Positions 59,480-64,000 of a stretch of DNA of 64,000 bases are shown in pieces (positions within the stretch are counted from its first letter, which is position 1; every line of letters starts with the position of its first letter). Below the pieces are notes generated by a model, which saw only the letters and a program-made list of their open reading frames with translations, was not told the DNA's origin and did no database searches. A program made the position numbers and the translations under genes. The stretch is from Gemmatimonadota bacterium. Lineage in GTDB: Bacteria; Gemmatimonadota; Gemmatimonadetes; Gemmatimonadales; GWC2-71-9. The stretch covers positions 32,001-96,000 of the forward strand of contig JAZDCY010000013.1 of assembly GCA_036679645.1 (NCBI GenBank). Direction: 5' to 3'.

Positions 59480-62164
59480 CTAGTTCTCCACCTTCGCCTT
59501 CAACTCTGCAAAGAAATTCTCAACCGCGACCAGCTCTTGCCGATCCGTATCGATGATTCGGCGTACCATGATGAAGCGCCGATCGTCCGGGGTGACATCG
59601 TACATCTGTCGGTAGATGAAGCCGACATAGTCTCGCACCGAGAAGAGCACCCGAGGCTCTCCGTAGATGAAGGTCGATCCTTGCGTGATCTCCACGCTGA
59701 CCAGTTCGTCGCTCCCGCTGCGGTAGAACAGCTCCCGCCCACTGTGTGCCCATACCGGCTCGGTACCGCCGGCCTCCGATACCTGCCACCGTCCGTCCAC
59801 GGTGTTCGGAAACGGTCGGACCCACACCTCCGGTCGCCCGGTCGCGAGGGACACGTACGCCAACCATCGCCCGCCAGGCGAGAGTGCCGGCTGCGTCTCC
59901 TGTTCGTACGACACTACCAATGGGACCGGTACGCTGTCCACGCCGAGATGGACCCCATAGAGGTCGCTGTTACCGCCACCGCCCACCCGATACACCGCCC
60001 ACCTGCCATCGTCCGAGAGTTGCCCTTCCAGTATCTGTGGCTCGTGATCGAGGAGTAGGTCGGCCGACCCAGTCCCGTCGGCACGCCTCCAATAGACGTT
60101 GTTGTGTCCGTCCCGATCGGTCGTAAACCCGATCGCCGTCCCGTCGGGCGTCCAGAACGGGCGATTGCCACCTTCAAACGTGAGCTTGGATGTTGGCCCG
60201 CCGTCGAGCTGCCTTATCCAGACTTGCCCGCTATGCGAAAACGCCAATCGGGATCCATCCGGAGAGAGAGCGAGCCCCTGTTCGAGCTGATCGGTCCAAT
60301 CGGGATCGACTACGCGGACGGCCCCGGCGCGCGTCACCCACACCGCTTCGGTGGAATCTCGCAGCCCCGTGCGGTTCATGTACATCAACGTCCCGCTGGT
60401 CGATACTACGATGTCGGGAACCCAGTCGGGTGCCCCGATAGTCGCGAGGAGCATTCCTTCGACGAGGACTGCTGCTTCGCCGGTGAGTGTCCGGGTACCG
60501 AGATCGAACCCTTGGGCCATCAGGGTGCCTTCCCGGGTCACATAGAGGAGGTGTCCGGACGCAGCGTACCGGGCGTAGATCCCGGGCACCAGCATCGTGT
60601 GACGTCCGGTGGACACATCGGCGACGGCGATCTGAGAGCTGAACGGGTTGTCCCGGAACTTGACGACGAACAATACGCCCCTGCCCTCCGGTAACGCCTC
60701 GGGCCAAACATGGTCCACCTCCCCATTGGCCGAGTCCAACGTGGTGAACCACTCCGGCGTGCCCCCGGCCGCGGCCACTCGCACGAGGCTCGACTGGCCC
60801 TGGGCGTCGGCATAGATGAACCCATCCGTTCCCCATGACGCGCCCGCGACGCCCACGAGCGAGTCGGTGAGTCTGACGGCTTCGCCACCGCCGACCGAAG
60901 CGATTCGGATCGCGCCCCGTGGGCTGAAGAAACCCACCTGGTTGCCGTCCGGTGAGAAGAACGGTGCCTCCGCTCCCTCGGTACCTGCCATCGGTGTGCC
61001 ATGCAGTTGATCCCGTGACCGCATCCACAACTGACGCCCGCCGTCATCGTGCACGCCCAAGTACACCAGTCGCGAGCCATCGGGGGACAGCGCCAGCCGC
61101 GTGAACCAGCCGGCGATCTCTTCTCCCTTGGGAAACGCCATGGCGTACCGCAAGACCTGTGAAGTCGGCTCGACACGAGGACGCAGCCAGCCCCAGGCGG
61201 CGAGTGCGAGCGCGAGCACGACGGTAGCGGCAAGTGCGGGTGGGAGGGCGGAACGGCGGAATGGCGGAAGGGCGGAAGGACTCGTGCCTGCGGCGCCGAT
61301 GGTCGCGGCAAAGGCGGGATCACCCAGCGCCTCGGCGAATTCCTTGGCGCTTGCGAACCGATCGGCGGCGAGCTTTTCCAGCGACTGCGCAACCGCCGCC
61401 GCCACGTTGGGTGGCACGGACTTCCGCAGCTTGGTAACGGGCTGGGCATCTTCCGTCACGATCTTCATGATGATCTGCTGCGCCGAGTTCCCCATGTGCG
61501 GCGGTTCGCCCGTCAGCATCTCGTAGAGTACGCTGCCGAGTGAGTAGATGTCCGACCGGTTGGTGAGATCCTTCTCTGCCGTGGCCTGCTCGGGCGACAT
61601 GTAGTGTGGCGTGCCCAGCGAGAGTCCGGTCTCGGTCATGCGACCCCCCGCCGCCGCACTCACAGCCAGCGCGATACCGAAGTCAGCTACCATGGGCCGG
61701 CCATCGTGCAACAGAATGTTCTCTGGCTTGATGTCGCGATGGATGACGCTGTTGCGGTGGGCGTAGTCGAGCGCGTCAGCGACGTCGGTCGTGATCCGTA
61801 CCGCTTCGTCTATGCTGAGCTGCGTCTCGCGATCCAGCTTTTCGCGCAGCGTCTCGCCGTCGACATACGGCATTACGTAATAGAGGAACTCCGTCTCGCC
61901 ATCCCGCCTTCCCGCCGTCCCACTGTCGAACAACGGCAGGATGTGCGGGTGCTGGAGACTTGCCGTGGTCGTGATTTCCTGCACGAAGCGTTCGGCGCCG
62001 AGCACAGCAGCGAGTTCCGGTCGCAGCACTTTGACCGCGACCTTACGTTTGTGTTTCAGGTCCTCGGCGAGATAGACCGTGGCCATACCGCCTTCGCCGA
62101 GGAGGCGCTCGATCTGGTAGCGATCGGCGAGGGCGGTGGAGAGCTTGGCGGTGACATCAGACAT
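59480..62164 (-). CDS. Hanks-type Ser/Thr kinase with TM and PD40/TolB-like beta-propeller
   Basis: GEGGMATV, VAVK, HRDIKPEN, DFG, GTPHYMSPE; SPDG repeats. Confidence 0.95.
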   Translation of the reverse strand: MSDVTAKLSTALADRYQIERLLGEGGMATVYLAEDLKHKRKVAVKVLRPELAAVLGAERFVQEITTTASLQHPHILPLFDSGTAGRRDGETEFLYYVMPYVDGETLREKLDRETQLSIDEAVRITTDVADALDYAHRNSVIHRDIKPENILLHDGRPMVADFGIALAVSAAAGGRMTETGLSLGTPHYMSPEQATAEKDLTNRSDIYSLGSVLYEMLTGEPPHMGNSAQQIIMKIVTEDAQPVTKLRKSVPPNVAAAVAQSLEKLAADRFASAKEFAEALGDPAFAATIGAAGTSPSALPPFRRSALPPALAATVVLALALAAWGWLRPRVEPTSQVLRYAMAFPKGEEIAGWFTRLALSPDGSRLVYLGVHDDGGRQLWMRSRDQLHGTPMAGTEGAEAPFFSPDGNQVGFFSPRGAIRIASVGGGEAVRLTDSLVGVAGASWGTDGFIYADAQGQSSLVRVAAAGGTPEWFTTLDSANGEVDHVWPEALPEGRGVLFVVKFRDNPFSSQIAVADVSTGRHTMLVPGIYARYAASGHLLYVTREGTLMAQGFDLGTRTLTGEAAVLVEGMLLATIGAPDWVPDIVVSTSGTLMYMNRTGLRDSTEAVWVTRAGAVRVVDPDWTDQLEQGLALSPDGSRLAFSHSGQVWIRQLDGGPTSKLTFEGGNRPFWTPDGTAIGFTTDRDGHNNVYWRRADGTGSADLLLDHEPQILEGQLSDDGRWAVYRVGGGGNSDLYGVHLGVDSVPVPLVVSYEQETQPALSPGGRWLAYVSLATGRPEVWVRPFPNTVDGRWQVSEAGGTEPVWAHSGRELFYRSGSDELVSVEITQGSTFIYGEPRVLFSVRDYVGFIYRQMYDVTPDDRRFIMVRRIIDTDRQELVAVENFFAELKAKVEN

Positions 62165-62229
62165 TGTTGGCAAAGATAGGGTTCGCTGCACGACACGGCG
62201 AGAACACTATCTCATCAAAGAGCGGTCAG

Positions 62230-62850
62230 CTAAGGCGCCCAACGCCGGACCTCCTCCTCGAGTCGAGCTCGGATGCCCGGCCAGCCGACCTTGTGGAGCA
62301 TCCGCGGCATGGGCTCCTCCTCGGCATCCTCGAAGTAGACCAGGCTCCGGAGTAAATGGATCGCGTTGAACGAGACATTCGCATAGCGCCGTCGTACAAT
62401 CTCCATCAATCCCGGGAAATCACCGCCGACCTCCAGATAGGCGTACAGATCGACGAAATCCTTGCGGCTTCCCCGCCCGGCAATGGCGATGATCTTCATC
62501 GCCGCGATGTCCCGAGGATCCGCCAGTCGCAGGCCGCGATACTGAAGAGGCGGATAAAGAAACGGTGTCTCTGAGCAAAGATAGCTCAGGTGAATCCCGT
62601 TCAGCCGGACATGCAGCGTGTTCTCGTTCTGGTATTGGATCTCGAGTGCACCGAGAGGCGTGAGTGATCTCCGCAACTCGCCGACGTCGAACCCGTCATC
62701 GTTGAAGAAACCGAGATCAATGGAGACTCGGTGACCGAGCTGCAGGGCCAATCCGGTTCCCCCCGCGAGAGTCCAGGGCTCGAGGAGTCCCGCCCCGTCG
62801 AGCTGGCGCACGAGCTTCCAGACCTCCTTGGGCAGGACGCGCGGATTCAC
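62230..62850 (-). CDS. AbiEii/AbiGii nucleotidyltransferase toxin-family protein
   Basis: LAGGTGLALQLGHRVS.DL, IAAMK..AI..RG.RKDFVDLY, SLVYF.DAE; GTGA overlap with the upstream gene. Confidence 0.88.
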   Translation of the reverse strand: MNPRVLPKEVWKLVRQLDGAGLLEPWTLAGGTGLALQLGHRVSIDLGFFNDDGFDVGELRRSLTPLGALEIQYQNENTLHVRLNGIHLSYLCSETPFLYPPLQYRGLRLADPRDIAAMKIIAIAGRGSRKDFVDLYAYLEVGGDFPGLMEIVRRRYANVSFNAIHLLRSLVYFEDAEEEPMPRMLHKVGWPGIRARLEEEVRRWAP

Positions 62851-63347
62851 GGACGCGCCCGGGTCGGACCCAGGATCACGTGCCACAGCCGGCGGGTGCG
62901 GGCATCCATGGAACGATGGGCTGCCGCATCACGGACCGCATCGTCGCCGAAATGCATTCGTACCCGTCGCACGGCCAGCCAATCCCCGAATCGCAGAACC
63001 CGGCGCAGGACCCATTGCGGATTCTCGTCCAGATGTTCGGGCTTCAGATCGACGTCCCAGAAGAGGGGCCGCAGCTTCCGGACGAGTTGAGCCGGCGATG
63101 CATGGTCAGCGGAGCCGTCGGGGCGAAGAGGATCTAGGCTGATGTCCAGCCGGGCATCGAGCGCGGCGGCAAGACGGCGCAGCGTGCGCAGCTCGAATCG
63201 CCCCCAGCCACTCTCGTAGCGGTGTATTGCCGAGACACTGCTGCCGATCTTATCAGCCAACTCCTTGAGGGATAGTCCCTTACGCTGGCGCAAACTCCTG
63301 AGACGTGGACCCAGCAGGGGACCGGTGCTCCCTGAAATAGTTCTCAT
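62847..63347 (-). CDS. XRE HTH antitoxin fused to a DUF6922-like domain
   Basis: LRSLRQRKGLSLKELA...IHRYESG, then LFWDV....LD.....VL.RVL.FG. Confidence 0.85.
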   Translation of the reverse strand: MRTISGSTGPLLGPRLRSLRQRKGLSLKELADKIGSSVSAIHRYESGWGRFELRTLRRLAAALDARLDISLDPLRPDGSADHASPAQLVRKLRPLFWDVDLKPEHLDENPQWVLRRVLRFGDWLAVRRVRMHFGDDAVRDAAAHRSMDARTRRLWHVILGPTRARP

Positions 63348-63384
63348 ATATGAGAATATATGTTAGGGCGCTCGTCTCAATCAA
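63341..63384 (-). promoter_or_regulatory. TA promoter with operator palindrome
   Basis: Perfect palindrome TTCTCATATATGAGAA (63341-63356) over the ATG; TTGATT-N18-TATATT ends 7 nt before the ATG. Confidence 0.7.
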
Positions 63385-63413
63385 GCCACGTTGACGAAAG
63401 CCGAGCGGCACTC

Positions 63414-64000
63414 TCACCGCCCTTTCAACTCCTCGAGCCAATTGAAGACGACGACCAAGCTCGAAGTCGCCTCAGCGGAGCGGATCATGAGGAACCGCTG
63501 ATCATCCGGTGCGACGTCGTACGCGTGGTGACTGTTATCAGTCTTGTAGGGAGACGCGTCGAAGAGTACCTCAACGTCACCGAACCGAATCGTCTCATCA
63601 TCGATCTCGACCGACCGTGATGCCAGCTCACCGCGCGGCGTGCGGTAGAAGATCTCCTGCCCGCTGTGTGCCCAGCGTGGTTCCGCGCCTCCACTCAACG
63701 ACACGAGCCATTTGGCGCGCTCCGTGTCCGGGAACGGGCGCACGTACACCTCTTCCCGGCCCGACTCGTTGGCGACGTAGGCGATCCACCTGCCATCCGG
63801 TGCAATGGCCGGCGCGCGCTCGAAGGCCGGTGATCCCACGAACACTCGGGCGGACGAGTCGATGCCGGGCCGCAAACCCATTATGTCCGGAGAGCCGCCG
63901 GCCCCCGAGCTCGATCGAAACACGAGCCACTGCCCATCAGGCGACCACGTCGCCGAGAGGGGAGGCGGGTCGTGCCGGAGCAGCAGCGTCGGCACACCGC
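63414..64000 (-). CDS. C-terminal PD40 region of a second kinase-PD40-like protein (truncated by the window edge)
   Basis: WSPDG, APDGRWIAY, EVYVRPFP, YDVAPDDQRFLMI, VV.NW.EELK, paralogous to the C-terminus of 59480..62164. Confidence 0.85.
   Translation of the reverse strand, partial: GVPTLLLRHDPPPLSATWSPDGQWLVFRSSSGAGGSPDIMGLRPGIDSSARVFVGSPAFERAPAIAPDGRWIAYVANESGREEVYVRPFPDTERAKWLVSLSGGAEPRWAHSGQEIFYRTPRGELASRSVEIDDETIRFGDVEVLFDASPYKTDNSHHAYDVAPDDQRFLMIRSAEATSSLVVVFNWLEELKGR

Noticed and set aside
1..64000. CRISPR array, tRNA/rRNA, IS or prophage
   Set aside because: No repeat-spacer periodicity, RNA gene signature, transposase, integrase or phage gene was recognised by eye.

Overview
A GC-rich 64 kb bacterial window. 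Gene content (Ser/Thr kinase-PD40 paralogs, VPS10 hydrolase, choice-of-anchor B protein, M14/M20/M28 peptidases, amidohydrolase sets, DUF4402) suggests Gemmatimonadota; this is an inference, not a tested assignment. It holds about 50 mostly accessory or secreted-enzyme genes. No rRNA, tRNA, CRISPR array or intact IS was recognised. The best candidate for a new system is a translationally coupled pair at 12433-14492: a membrane-anchored octaheme HAO-family cytochrome with reductive-type residues and an internally duplicated four-histidine membrane protein, possibly a compact quinol:N-oxide reductase. Other points of interest: a very Met-rich lipoprotein; a radical SAM / CBS / B12-radical SAM cluster with a four-unit 11-bp-phased PHO-box-like array; an XRE-AbiEii TA pair with a perfect operator palindrome and a DLD-to-DLG toxin change; a putative 23-aa leader ORF with structured RNA; a DUF4956 / CotH-like / phosphatase trio; octamer repeats inside a kinase gene; and recurrent internal deletions or frameshifts in at least six genes (decay or assembly artefact). 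All family calls come from motif recognition by eye; no searches were run.
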